From assembly GCA_964106645.2 (NCBI GenBank), contig OZ067039.1: a stretch of DNA of 64,000 nt. One strand, 5' to 3'. The notes under the pieces were generated by a model, which saw only the letters and a list, made by a program, of their open reading frames with translations, ran no database searches and was not told the DNA's origin. This document shows, piece by piece, positions 49,154-61,910 of the stretch (position 1 is its first letter; every line of letters begins with the position of its first letter). Made by a program: the position numbers and the translations under genes. This DNA comes from Podarcis pityusensis. Taxonomy: Eukaryota.

Positions 49154-50687
49154 ACATAGAGGATATGCAAGCCTTTGAACTACACAGTGTGGTATTCAAC
49201 TAAGTTTTAATCAGAGTAGACCCATTGAACACAATGGACATGACTAAGTTAGGGCCATGAATTCCAATAACTTTGTTGCCCACCACCCAGAACCCCCTGT
49301 TCTCCTCAATGAACAATCCAATATAACTCAGAACTTGCTGTACCCTTACCACAACAGAAGTTGGTCCAGTACATCACTTCATATTTATGTTTTATGGATT
49401 TATACTCTGCCGCTAAAACGACAACAACAAATCATATATTTTGTATTTCCTCCTGTCTTGGACCAGTGCAGCAAAACAAACGGCTTTCTTTGCCCATTTC
49501 ATGTTACAGCAGAAGAGTTGAAAGGAGTAGCTCACCCACACAATCTCTGTTTGTGCCTCGTCTTGAGAACAGGGGATCTATTTGCCAGGTAGAAGACTGG
49601 TACCAGACAGCTCTCCCCACTGAGAGCCCTGTCGATGTCAATGAGCTCAGGAAGGAGATTCTCTCAGTTAAAAGGCTGGGATATTGTCAATGGATCCTCT
49701 CATTACCTTCAAGTCAGGACCCAGGATGTCCCCTCTAGCAATCTGCTTTTAACAGCCTGCATACTTGGCACAGGAAAAATAACAGGCCAGGAGATGCCAA
49801 CTGCGAGCGCTAGTGGCATTTTGAGGACAGCTTCTTTATCAGAATTCCCTTTGTGGCTTGTCTTTTCGTCTGCCCAGGATGGGATTATTTGAAAGTGTTG
49901 ATCTTGCTTGATGAGTTCTTCTGATGTCTCTTCTCCGCTAGTGGTGGTTTCATCCCTCCTTGGCGAAGGCTTCTCACCCGCAACCCTGGCACTGGAGAAG
50001 GTTCTCAGTCTGGCAACTTCACTTGCAGGGGCCTAGCTGCTTATATCCTGAAAGGTTAGCGATCTGAGAATGTCACAGATGCAACACAGAAACACGACTC
50101 TCAGCTTAAGACTAAGCAACAAAGTGCACACCTGTTGAGAGTAAGGCGGCAACACTTGTAATAAGTTACCTGAACCAACGAGGGGAGGCAACAGACAGAA
50201 AGCATACCCTCCAAGTGCCCCAATTTTACAGGGACAGTCTCAGAATTATGAAAGGCATCCAGGTTTCTGATTTGATCTCAGAATGTCCCAATTTCTCCCC
50301 GCCCCTGAGCTCAGGGAGGAGGGTGAGCCGGCACTTGTCCTGAGGAGCGGTGGCAGCAGCAGCAGCAGCGAGGGAGCATCCCATGGCCTCTCCATGGCCG
50401 CTGCTGCCAGCCTCCTCCCTTGAGCAGCTCATAGCAGCTGCTGGAGAAAGGGTGAATAGGAAGAGACTGCTGCCACCAAGGCCCAGCCCTACGTGATGCA
50501 CCAGCTCTGAGGGGCAGGCAGAGGACCACCCTGTGCAGGAAGAAAGGGGGAGCAGAGCAGAGCACAAGGAGTCTTGATGTTTTTTAAAATGCTTTTTGAG
50601 CCCACGTGTAACCTTGCCTCTTTGCGTTTTTCTTTTTGCAAATCTACCAAAGAATAAAATAAAATGGGGAGAAAGGGTGGTGTAAAA

Positions 50688-50823
50688 CAGGCATAGGCAA
50701 ACTCGGCCCTCCAGATGTTTTGGGACTACAACTCCCATCATCCCTGACCACTGGTCCTGTTAGCTAGGGATGACGGGAGTTGTAGTCCCAAAACACCTGG
50801 AGGGCCGAGTTTGCCTATGCCTG
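50688..50823. mobile_element. Near-perfect palindromic hAT MITE (136 bp)
   Basis: caggcataggcaaactcggccctccag...ctggagggccgagtttgcctatgcctg; TSD gtgtaaaa/gtataaaa. Confidence 0.9.
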
Positions 50824-51024
50824 GTATAAAACCTACACTTAGAATGGCTTTGTTTGCCATTCTGATAGTCTTACTGGAGGGTTGCAGTATATTTACCAAA
50901 CTCCAACAACGCCAACAGTGACTCCAGTTTCACAAACTATACAACAAGGGTGGAGAACCCTTTTCAGCTTGAGGGCCGCATTATCTTTTGGCAACCCTCT
51001 GTGGACCAGATTCCAGTGGTGGGC

Positions 51025-51239
51025 TGAGCAGAGGGCTTTCTCGGTAGTTGCACCCGCCCTGTGGAACGCCCTCCCACCAGATGTCAAAGAGAAAAACAGC
51101 TACCAGACTTTTAGAAGACATCTGAAGGCAGCCCTGTTTAGGGAAGCTTTTAATGTTTAATAGACTATTGTATTTTAATATTTTGTTGGAAGCCACCCAG
51201 AGTGGCTGGGGAAACCCAGCCAGATGTGCGAGGTATGTA

Positions 51240-51282
<43 letters not shown>

Positions 51283-51285
51283 ATA
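51025..51285 (+). mobile_element. L2 LINE 3' end with (AAAT)n tail
   Basis: QRAFSVVAPALWNALPPDVKE...FRRHLKAALFREAF; 3'UTR then (TAAA)n. Confidence 0.85.
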
Positions 51286-52384
51286 GAATTGTGCATTTGA
51301 ACAATAGGCTAGTTTCTGCATGCATACTCCTCTCTGGCCTCCATTCAGACAAGCAAGAGGCATTATCAGTCAGGCAAGAACATGCAAGGAAGGTGTAAAG
51401 CAGGGCCACTGAGGGGTGTGGCTGAGGAAGGGGACTCTCCCCAGGCCAGATAGAAGGCCCTGAGAGCCACATTTGACCCCTAGACCTCACATTCCCAATG
51501 CATGTCATGTAGTCAGTTCTCACAGAAAGAGGACCAAAGGTGAGAAACAAGCAGAGGTACCATTATTATTACAATTTATTGTTGTCTTTTGTTATTGTAA
51601 AAAGAGACCTATCTCCCTGCTCCTGAGCTGTTGCTCGTGCAAATGCCACCATTCCTCCTGAGCCACTTCTTCTGCTCTGAAGAAGAGCTAACCATACTAG
51701 GCCAGCCTTTCTAGGAGGGATGGTCAACCACAACCTCAGTTTCCTGTATGACTTCCAAACACCCATCAGGACGACAAGGACTTGACTCCTCAGCAGCCCG
51801 AGAGCTTCCCCTCCTTGACCACTGAATCTTCTTTGCTTCTTTGTCTGTCCCCAGTGGCCATTCACCCCCCCCCCCACTTCCACTTTTTGGCCTTTCTCAG
51901 TCACTGCAGGCCTGCTTCTGGCCAGCAACCTTGCCTCCAGACCCATCAGAGAATTAGAGAGCATCCTTTCCCTTCTTTTAAATGCTTTAAGTGGCTTCTT
52001 ATTTGCATAGATGGGACTCCTCAGCTGCCAGTGCCTGATTCCCTACACAGACCCACTTCATGCCTTTCTGCAGTCCCTCTGAACCCCACCGAGAGATGCT
52101 CGCTTGAGGTCCATGCTAGCTTATTAGCGTGCATGTGCGGACACAGAGTGAGAACATTTTGCCAGGTGACAGAGACTTGGTTCCGGGCTTTTAATGAAAC
52201 TTCTCACCACAGATGTACAGAACAGTAAGTGCCCCAAAGATGACAAAAAGCCAGATGTTTCCTCTTAATGGCTTTGGCTTCAGTTTCTCAAAAGGTTCAT
52301 GTACCACTTGGGAGTCTGTCCCCTTAAACCAAAATGGTGGGTTGAAGGATGAGGTGAAGGAGTAGGTGAGGAGGCTGACAGCTT

Positions 52385-52788
52385 CTGAGCACAATGCAAA
52401 GTGTTGGTGCTGACCTTTAAAGCCCTAAATGGCCTTGGCCCTGTAAACCTGAAGGAGCGTCTCCATCCCCATCGTTCAGCCTGGACACTGTGGTCCAGCT
52501 CCGAGGGCCTTCTGGTGTTTCCCTCACTGCAAAAGTGAGGTTACAGGAAACCAGGCAGAGGGCCTTCTCGGTAGTGGTGCCAGCCCTGTGGAACGCCCTT
52601 CCATCAGATGTCAAGGAAATAAACAACAACCTGACTTTTAGAAGGGTGGCACCCCTGTTTAGGGAAGTTTTTAATGTGTGATCTTTTGTCATGTTTTTAA
52701 TATTCTGTTGGGAGCCGCCCAGAGTCGCTGAGGAAACCCAGCCAGATGGGTGGGGTATAAATAATATATTATTATAATATTATTATTA
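52385..52788 (+). mobile_element. L2 LINE 3' end
   Basis: KVLVLTFKALNGLGP..LKERL...RQRAFSVVVPALWNALP; (TAT)n tail. Confidence 0.85.
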
Positions 52789-53299
52789 AGGGCTGTCAGC
52801 TGGGTCTCATATGGGCTGCAGTGACAAGAGAAGCCTGAGTAAAGCCCTAAGTGGAAGGAAGAAACAAACACCTCCTAAGCAATTGTCAGCATAAAAACAT
52901 GCGCTGTCCGTTACCATATGCTCAACTCTGCAATGTACTTCACTGGAAAAGGCCAGAAGCTGACCATCCTGGCTGGTAAGTAGAAGTCAGAAGTGCTGCT
53001 CCAACCAAAGCTATCTGCCCTGAGATGTGATGAAGAGGGGGCACACCAAGCCTTTACAAAATGACTGCTGAACGCTGCCAGTCAGCTAATCTGATTCTGA
53101 GTGGGGAGGAAATGGAGGCAAGGCAAGTGTCTGCTGAATTGTCTTCCAGCTTCTTGTCTCCCTCTGGATTCTCTGGGAAAATATCTCAGAGCAAATCCTC
53201 ATGACCCAAGCTAGTGCCAGTTGATCTGTGCTGGATTTGATGTGCCGCTGTTTGTCTTTGGAAGCTGTTTGCAGTGCTTCCGGAAGTACATCAGGAGCA

Positions 53300-53663
53300 G
53301 GGACGCGGGTGGTGCTGTGGTCTAAACCACAGAGCCTAGGGCTTGCCGATCAGAAGGTCGGCAGTTCTAATCCCTGTGACGGGGTGAGCTCCCGTTGTTC
53401 GGTCCCAGCTCCTGCCAACCTAGTAGTTCAAAAGCACGTCAAAGTGCAAGTAGATAAATAGGTACTGCTCCGGCGGGAAGGTAAACGGCATTTCCATGCG
53501 CTGCTCTGGTTTGCCAGAAGCGGCTTAGTCATGCTGGCCACATGACCCGGGAGCTGTACGCTGGCTCCCTTGGCCAATAAAGCGAGATGAGCGCTGCAAC
53601 CCTAGAGTCGTCTGCGACTAGACCTAACAGTCAGGGGCACCTTTACCTTTTACCTTTACCTTT
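53300..53663 (+). mobile_element. Sauria SINE (Squam1/POM type), full length
   Basis: gggacgcgggtgg..aaaccacagagcctagg..cagaaggtcggc...(ACCTTT)n tail; TSD gtacatcagga at 53286 and 53664. Confidence 0.93.
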
Positions 53664-54440
53664 GTACATCAGGAAAGGGGAGACTGTGCCCCCCCCCCAA
53701 ATGTCAGACTCCAACTCTCAGGAGCCCCAGCCAGCTTGCTCAGTGATCAACGATGATGAGAGTTTTCGCCCAGCTCCTCATCCTGTGTCACATAGACACT
53801 GAAACTGTTCTGTGATTTCTACCTGTTTCAGATTATGGGTTAGTTTACAGTTAGTTTTTTTTTGACATCCCTTTCTTCCCAGGCAAATTAAATATTTCTG
53901 AGGCCCAGCAAAACTGTGATTGTCATTATAAATATTATAACATTGTTATCAGCTAGAATGTGGGGAAAATCTGACTTTGCAAGTTGCATTCTACAGGCAT
54001 GCAGATAACAAAGTTGTAAGTCAGGGATGACTCAGCTGTAGTCATTATCATAAAAAGGTTTGATTAGTGAATTAAAATGTAGGCTCACTCCGCCCTAAGA
54101 AGTCACAACTTCCTCACAAAGAGCCCTAGGAATTGTAGGTCTACATCTTCAGGGAAGCTATGATTGTTAAACCAGTTTGAAAACTTGTTTATATTTGTGC
54201 ATTACACAATTTTTAAATTGTGGTTCCTGTTTTCAAAAGGAAACATTTCCTCTAATTCCCATTCTGTCTCCTCAGATGGTCTGATGCAGAATTGTCTTTC
54301 AGTACATGATGCACACATCCTAACCTCTCTATGTATCTAGACGATAACTGCATTCCTTTTAAATATCTTCGCAATAGATTCTCCCAAAGCAAAATGAGAG
54401 CCCGGGATGGGTTAGATCAATTTCATGACAAGCAAACATG

Positions 54441-54454
54441 TCCACAGGGGGCGC
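54441..54454 (+). promoter_or_regulatory. CTCF-like motif (forward)
   Basis: TCCACAGGGGGCGC; strong 3' half, weaker 5' half. Confidence 0.4.
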
Positions 54455-54936
54455 CAGTACCTAAACTGAGGATCTGTAGGAAAGGGGAAATGCCAGGATT
54501 TTGCATGCATGGAAGCAGAAGAAAAGGGATGATGTACAATAAATTTACTGAGAGATTTCCTGCATTTTTCATACCGCTAGAGAAAAATGCTCCTTGAGCC
54601 ACGTCTTGGCAAGAGGACAACTGGAGGATTTCTGCAACAGCCTTGGGAAATTGTAGATGGTGCATGAGATCCAGGAGGCTAGATGGCGGTTAAAAAATGG
54701 GCAGCCATCAGTGGGGGAAAGGTATTCCAACCTCTCTGTCATGTTCCAATATGGGGATTTCTGAAGACTGAGAAGCGCCATCTCTTTGTGAGGAAAGCTG
54801 TAGGCAGGTATTAACCAGCATAGAGTCTCTCGCTCTTGTCTTGGCATCTAAGCCACATTCATTTGAGCTATTCAACTCGATGTAGAAAAAGCACTTCCTG
54901 CTCCAGTGACGACAATGGGTAATAAAGTGGGCCAAA

Positions 54937-55136
54937 NNNNNNNNNNNNNNNNNNNNNNNNNNNNNNNNNNNNNNNNNNNNNNNNNNNNNNNNNNNNNNNN
55001 NNNNNNNNNNNNNNNNNNNNNNNNNNNNNNNNNNNNNNNNNNNNNNNNNNNNNNNNNNNNNNNNNNNNNNNNNNNNNNNNNNNNNNNNNNNNNNNNNNNN
55101 NNNNNNNNNNNNNNNNNNNNNNNNNNNNNNNNNNNN
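54937..55136. other. Assembly gap (200 N)
   Basis: Run of N; true length unknown. Confidence 0.99.
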
Positions 55137-57070
55137 AGACCAGTAGCTGCACCACTGCATCCAAAGACCAGCCAGGTTGGTGCAGTTGGTGGTTTTGGGA
55201 ACTGGGCCTCTCACCGGATCCGCAGGTGATCCAGAGCCTCTGGGGCCCATCCCTAAATACCTTCCTATTTGGTTTTCCACTGCCCACTTCTGGCAGGAGG
55301 AACCTTGGCAGTAGCTTACTGCACACTTGGGAAGAGGCAGGGCCTCTCTGCCACATTGAACTTCTCCCCAACAGTGTACTCTTCTCTTCCGACCGAGCCA
55401 GGCAGAGAAGTAACTGCACCACGACCTAACCACTCCTCCTCTCCCCAGCCACCAATGTGGTGAGTCGGGAGTGGCAGCAATACAGCCTAAGCTACCTAAG
55501 GAGGTTGTGGAAACTTGTTTTTGGGAGGTTAAAGCACAGACTTCTGGATTAGATCATCCACTGGGTTGTTTCCCATTCTATGACTCCATGATTCTTAACA
55601 AAATATTGGCATAATAGTAGTGCACTCCTATACATGGACCATGTAGGTGTCAGTCCTGCAAGACCATATTCCTACTCTGGGTCTGACTCATTTCCAGGTT
55701 GACTTAGGGCAGGAGAGGCTAATCTTCAGCTGTCTAGATGTCGCTGGACTACAACTCCCAACATCCCTGCCAACTGGTCATGCTGGCTGGGTGTGATGAG
55801 AGTTGTAGTTCAACAGCACCTGATGGGCAGCAGGTTTCCACCCGACTTTTATTTTTTTATAAGCCGTACTAAATTGCTATTTGGGTTATAACTCTGTATA
55901 CTCTTTTAGGTAGTAGCATGAGTTTTTAGTGAACTGTTCGATCTTACTGTAGAATTACTAATATGAGATGTTTGCCCTGTTCATATGTATGTGTGTTTAT
56001 TTTAAGCTCTTATATTGTGTAATTGCTGGTGGATCACCCTCAAATGTTGCAGGATCTTTCAAGGAAACTTTTCTGATGTCATTGTGAGCCACATTCGACA
56101 TGTTTGCCATGGGAAAGCAGCACACAAAATGTAGAGAATTACAACTGAAATATATAATTTCACTCTGTGCCTTTCCATACAATGAAACACAGGCACATCT
56201 CGTTGCTGAGGTGTTGCGGGGAAGTATCCATTGTTGAGAAATTGCATTTCCCCCAGTAGACTGCAATGTTGAATTTCTAGGAAAATGTAACCCTTTCCTG
56301 AGCGAGTGCTTGAAGGCAGTTTATTACACTGTCAGCAGAGTCAAGTGGTATAGGTTCTCAGATTGCAAAGTATATATGAATGCTCCTCTTTTTAAAAAGA
56401 AAGACTCCTCGCACATGGAAACATAGCATGACAGGAAGAAGGCAAGGATGAACCTTTCTCTCTGACATGCACAATTTTTAAAAAATGGCAAAAAGTTTAT
56501 CAAAACAAAACAAAAGAGAAAGGAATAAAAAGTAACTGAAGACTAGAGAATCCAACTCATATATTTTATATTATACGCCCACCCCCTACCCCTCCAGTTA
56601 GACAGCAGTTTAACATATTTAAGAATGTTTTAGAGCAGCAGAAACTAGTTATAATAAACTCTTCAATTTTCTCACCCCAGAAACTTGCAGTGTCCATGTC
56701 TCCATAAATTTGTTTTCTTGGGGGCTTATTCCATTTTTGATTTGATACGTTACTTGAAATAACAAGACTGATCCCCACATTTTCGTTATTCAGTCTGATA
56801 TAGGAAGAGTGGTTTCCCCCCAGTAATGACTGAGGCAAAGCCTCATATGAGAAGGCATATGAGAAGTCATATGATTAATTGTATGTGCACTTTTTCTACT
56901 TATTTTTGAATTATGCACAAAAGAATCATTTTGGAACATTCCAACATCCTGTTCCACAATTTCTTTTTGCTCTGACACATGACCAGAAAATGTGTACAAA
57001 GTACATGGTAGCTACTTGGGACTTTGGCAAATTTAGTTCTGTAAATTTTGCCTGTTTTGTAGGGTATTAA

Positions 57071-57422
57071 AGGTAAAGGTAAAGGGACCCCTGACCATTA
57101 GGTCCAGTCGTGGCTGACTCTGGGGTTGTGGCGCTCATCTCGTTCTATAGGCCAAGGGAGCCAGCGTACAGCTTCTGGGTCATGTGGCCAGCATGACTAA
57201 GCCGCTTCTGGCGAACCAGAGCAGTGCACGGAAATGCCGTTTACCTTCCCGCCGGACCAGTACCTATTTATCTACATGTACTTTGTGCTTTCGAACTGCT
57301 AGTTTGGCAGGAGCAGGGACCGAGCAACGGGAGCTCACCCCGTCGCGGGGATTCAAACCCCCAACCTTCTGATTGGCAAGTCCTAGGCTCTGTGGTTTAA
57401 CCCACAGTGCCACCCGCGCCCC
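57071..57422 (-). mobile_element. Sauria SINE, full length
   Basis: 15-bp TSD tttgtagggtattaa at 57056 and 57423. Confidence 0.93.
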
Positions 57423-57731
57423 TTTGTAGGGTATTAACTGACACTAATGTATGAATTTTGAAAAGTTTTCCTTAGGGTGAAAACTTACTAATAATAATGG
57501 TATTGTGTTGAATAACCAAGTCCATTGTTCATATGTAACTTATCAACTGGTAATCTCTCTTTTTAATTGATGGAGATAACTGATTCAGCTTAATATCTAA
57601 TAACATTATATTCCAGTTATAAAACTTTTTAAAAATCTAAATCGATCAGAAGCTTTTCAAATGAAATTTATTATTGTGGGAGTCCATGTAATTTTGGCTA
57701 TTTTATTACTTGTTCATCATATAAGATTAAA

Positions 57732-58067
57732 AAAGGTAAAGGGACCCCTGACCATTAGGTCCAGTCGTGACCGACTCATCTCGCTTTATTGGCCGAGGGA
57801 GCTGGCATACAGCTTCCGGGTCATGTGGCTAGCATGACTAAGTCGCTTCTGGCAAAACCAGAGCAGTGCACGGAAACGCCGTTTACCTTCCCGCCGGAGT
57901 GGTACCTATTTATCTACTTGCACTTTGACGTGCTTTCGAACTGCTAGGTGGGCAGGAGCAGGGACCGAACAACGGGAGCTCACCCCGTCGCAGGGATTCG
58001 AACTGCCGACCTTCCAATTGGCAAGCCCTAGGCTCTGTGGTTTAGACCACAGTGCTGCCCGCATCCC
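57732..58067 (-). mobile_element. Sauria SINE with small internal deletion
   Basis: Homologous to the other copies; lacks the ggggttgcggcg segment near the 3' end. Confidence 0.9.
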
Positions 58068-59057
58068 TGTGTGCACCTGTTATAGCTCTCTGAAAAAACA
58101 GACAGTCTGCAAATGCAAATCTCCACATAACATTTTATGCATATTAAACTTATTCCTTTAACACTATTCACATCAGCACAGCTTCCATTTGTTTCTGTTT
58201 GTGTACACATCAGGAGGCATTGACCAGGTGGGTTTCAATGTCTTTCCCCTATTTAAAGGTGTCTTTAGCATGGCTAGGGACATGTTAGCAATAAGGACTC
58301 CAACTGATGTGAAGCTGATTTGGAAAACAATGCACCAAACAGCAGTGCCTTCTAACAAAGTACAGGTTGTAAGCATTTTGTATAATTTTGTGTGAACACA
58401 GGTTGAAAACCCAGCACTGGAAATGCAGTGAGAGCATAGTAAATAGGAATGTCAACACAGCTTTAGTATTCCTCTCATGTAAGCTTTGCTGCATCCCATA
58501 TTACAGGCCAAATTATTGCAGATGTTGCATTTTGCTTAAAAAAATCTATATGTGCTTGGATATTAATTACTAGGTCTTTATTTTGTAGAATATAATTGCT
58601 TAGTCTTCAGGGTTTACCTTGGGGCACATTTTGTACTTTTAGGACCAGAACTATTGGCGCATGGTCAGCATAGGTCATTGGTTGGATGCAAATATGTTCG
58701 ATTAAAGATTCTTGATTAGGTGAAGTTATCAATATATCTATCTCATATTAAAATATTTTTAATGGAAAAGTTATCAATGAATATGAATCATGAGAGAAAA
58801 AGATACAGTTTTTAGTTTTGGGGTGGTAGAAGATGCATCTATTAAGATAGTTATTATTTAGCGCTATTATAAAATGCTTTTGTAATGTTCCTTTGAAGGC
58901 AGATCTATTTTGGTTTTATTGTATGCTTTTTTGCTGTGAACTTTTTTGAGATATATATATATTTACAACACAGCGGCATACCAGTATTTTTTATAAATAT
59001 ATATAATGAAATAATAATAATAATAATTTAGTTTATATAGTTCTGTGATTAGTATTA

Positions 59058-59170
59058 AAAGGTAAAGGGACCCCTGACCATTAGGTACAGTCGTGTCCGA
59101 CTCTGGCGTTGCGGTGCTCATCTTGCTTTATTGGCCGAGGGAGCCAGCGTGCAGCTTCCGGGTCATGTGA
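59058..59170 (-). mobile_element. Sauria SINE, 5'-truncated
   Basis: aaaggtaaagggacccctgaccattagg...cagcttccgggtcatgtg. Confidence 0.88.
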
Positions 59171-60128
59171 CTCACCAGAGTGACTCAGGTGTTTGTGGCA
59201 CAACACCCACCTAATCCAAAAAATGAAATATTTTTCCAAAAAGCAAAATTGCTTCCTCAGACAAATAAATTTATCTTGAGTTAAATCAGATAAGTAGGAA
59301 ATCAAAAAAGCAATTAGTATTTTTTTCAAATTGAAAATATACTGATCCGTTTATCATTCAGTGTTCAAAATGGATGCATGTTTTTGACATATATAGCTTT
59401 CAATCTCGGTTCCTTGATGAGATAGAAATTCAGGGAGCGCACAGAATGCGGACTCAGCCCCACTTCCTCAGAATCTTGTCTTGCCACATCTCTGCCTCCG
59501 GCCACTGCTGCTGACGTTACCGGCCGTTGGCAATGACACTGCCTCCTCTCCCAGGTGTGCCTAGTTACCCACAGCTCCCTCCTGGTTTCTTGGGCTTACT
59601 GTTATATGCTGGAGCGGAGACTGAAACAGAAGAGATGAAGCTCTTCACCTCTTCCTTGCATCTCGCATCAGTGTCTCATTTTCCATAGGCACACACGTTT
59701 GGAAGCCACTGCGGGCTAGAGGCTTCCAAAAACGAGTATCCAAGGCAAAACGTGTGCTTGCTTGTCACACATTATGGCAGGGATAGCCAACCCGGTGCCT
59801 TGCATTATGGGGTGCACGGTGTAAATATCTTTCCCTACACTCTGTGTAGATGAAATGTCATCTGTGAAGTAATTCTACAGCTCATGGACAGAGGGGCAGG
59901 AGATGACTGCCTTATATTAGATTATTTCAAGGAAGCCATAATTACTGTAGTGTAGTATTAATGCCAATTCTTTTCACATCAGAATAAATGGAGGGAAATT
60001 CTCCCTGACTTCAAACAGCAGCTAGGGCTGCGTTATCACTTGAAATTTCTCTGTCCTGCTGCCATTGAAGCAGGCTGTACTGCATTCTTCTTTCCTTGCT
60101 CGCCACAATATTGTCTGATTCTTGGTGA

Positions 60129-60231
60129 TATTGCATTGTATTGAATTACATGGCACTCTGCAGTATTGTATTGCATTTTTATTGTATTGCATTGCATTGT
60201 CTTGCATTGTGCTGAATTGCAGGGCATTGCA
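60129..60231. repeat. Degenerate (ATTGY)n pentamer repeat
   Basis: attgcattgtattgaattac...attgtattgcattgcattgt. Confidence 0.85.
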
Positions 60232-61910
60232 ATCTATCATGCTCCCATTACATACTGACAAAAGCCTCGTTAATATATGCCCGTATTTATGGCCTTTATG
60301 CCAAGTTGTTACGTGACATGAAAATGAGTCACACTGTAGCTGCTAGCTCATCTCCTGTGGGATCACAGCAAAGTTGAAGTCAATGGGTCAATTTCACTTT
60401 TGGTGTAAGCATGCGTGTTTTTAACAGACTCTGGTGTGGTGTGGGATTTTCGCCCCACATTATACATACTTTTGAAGGGGTGTACACATAAACTGCTTCA
60501 AAATGTGCACACCTAAAAATTGTTAATATAACTGAATATAACTGTTTTATTTAAATATTTAAATTGTTAATATAACTGAAATAAAACTGTGAATATAACA
60601 AATAGGCTTTTCCAAGCATGTACTATACTTGTTAGGCCACTGGAATTTTAGATGAGTGTATTCTCAGCGATAAAACAGATTTGTTTAGGGCTAGATTAAT
60701 CTTTCAGTTCTGGTTTCTCTCAATTCCTCATCCATCTCCCCCCCCCCCACTCCATGTCTTAAGTTAGGTTTGCCACATGTCTGCATCAGTTTACGATTTT
60801 TTAAAAATGAAACAAATCATCAGCATTGTAGTGCAAGTTTCTCCTAATATTTTTTTCCAAATCATTTTCATAATATAATGCATTTTTGCATGTTGTTATC
60901 ATATTATATATATTATTATATAGAGAGAGAGAGAGAAAGAGAGAGAGGGTGTGTACATTTCCCACCACCTCAACCGTGTGCATTTTTAGGCACGCTTCTT
61001 TGGCTTGGAGAGCTACCTCACGAAATTTGGAGAATTGCAAATTCCGGAGGCTAGCTGCATTTCGTGTATTGCTTTGGGAATGCAAATGATGTAGGTTCAC
61101 TTTAAAATGCAACCTCTCAACCCTAGGTTGTTCCTGTGTTTACTATGTGAAGAGACCCAAACTGCAAATACCCTCCAAAATAACTGCTTTTCAGTTCTCC
61201 AGCCTGCTGTTTGCTCCCTAGTTTTTCTCTAGAATCCATACTGTATCCCTTTCCTTTCCTGTCTTGTCAGATCGGACTATTAGCTGGCTGCTTTGTCTGT
61301 CTGTCTCTCTCTCCCCCCCCCTCCTCTCCCCCCCCCCCCATCCTTTTGAAGGTATCAGACTACTGGAATCAAAGAGGCATTTCAGTGACTCAGGCGTTTC
61401 CCATTGCCCTATTCCCGCATCCTCTACTCTTAACGCTGAGAGCTTTTCACGTCCTATTTGGAACTGATAGGAAGCCCTTTCATTGTTTCACTACATGGAT
61501 ATTAACACTGATGAAGGAAATGCTCCATCTGATAACAGAACCGTTGAAAAGAGCACCACTTCCAAACGAGAAAACTCAGAGACAGAGGATTCCTGCCGGA
61601 CTCTCACCAACTTAGCTCTACTGGTCTGCAGCAAGGGCCCTCGTGGCACAGCACTGGCAACGTTTTCCTCTACCTTGCTCTGCCGTGTTTGGACCTCTAC
61701 ATCCCACACCTCTGCTACAGGCTAATCTGAGGCAGGAAAGGCTGCTGCTTATCTTAGGATGTGGAATAGAGCAATTTCTTGTTTCGTGTCACGGGATCCA
61801 CCCCTTGTAGTAGGAGGAGGCAGGAAAGTGCCGTACAAGAAGTCAGATCATTGCTCCATCTCACTCAGCATTTACACTGACTGGCAGCATCTCTCCAGGG
61901 TGTCAGGCAG

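Noticed and set aside
49690-50050. Possible minus-strand coding exon after ctttcag at ~50048
   Set aside because: All three frames hit a stop within ~30 nt of the acceptor; at most a non-coding exon.
54708-55433. Long ORFs spanning 54.7-55.4 kb
   Set aside because: Artefacts of translating through the 200-N gap.
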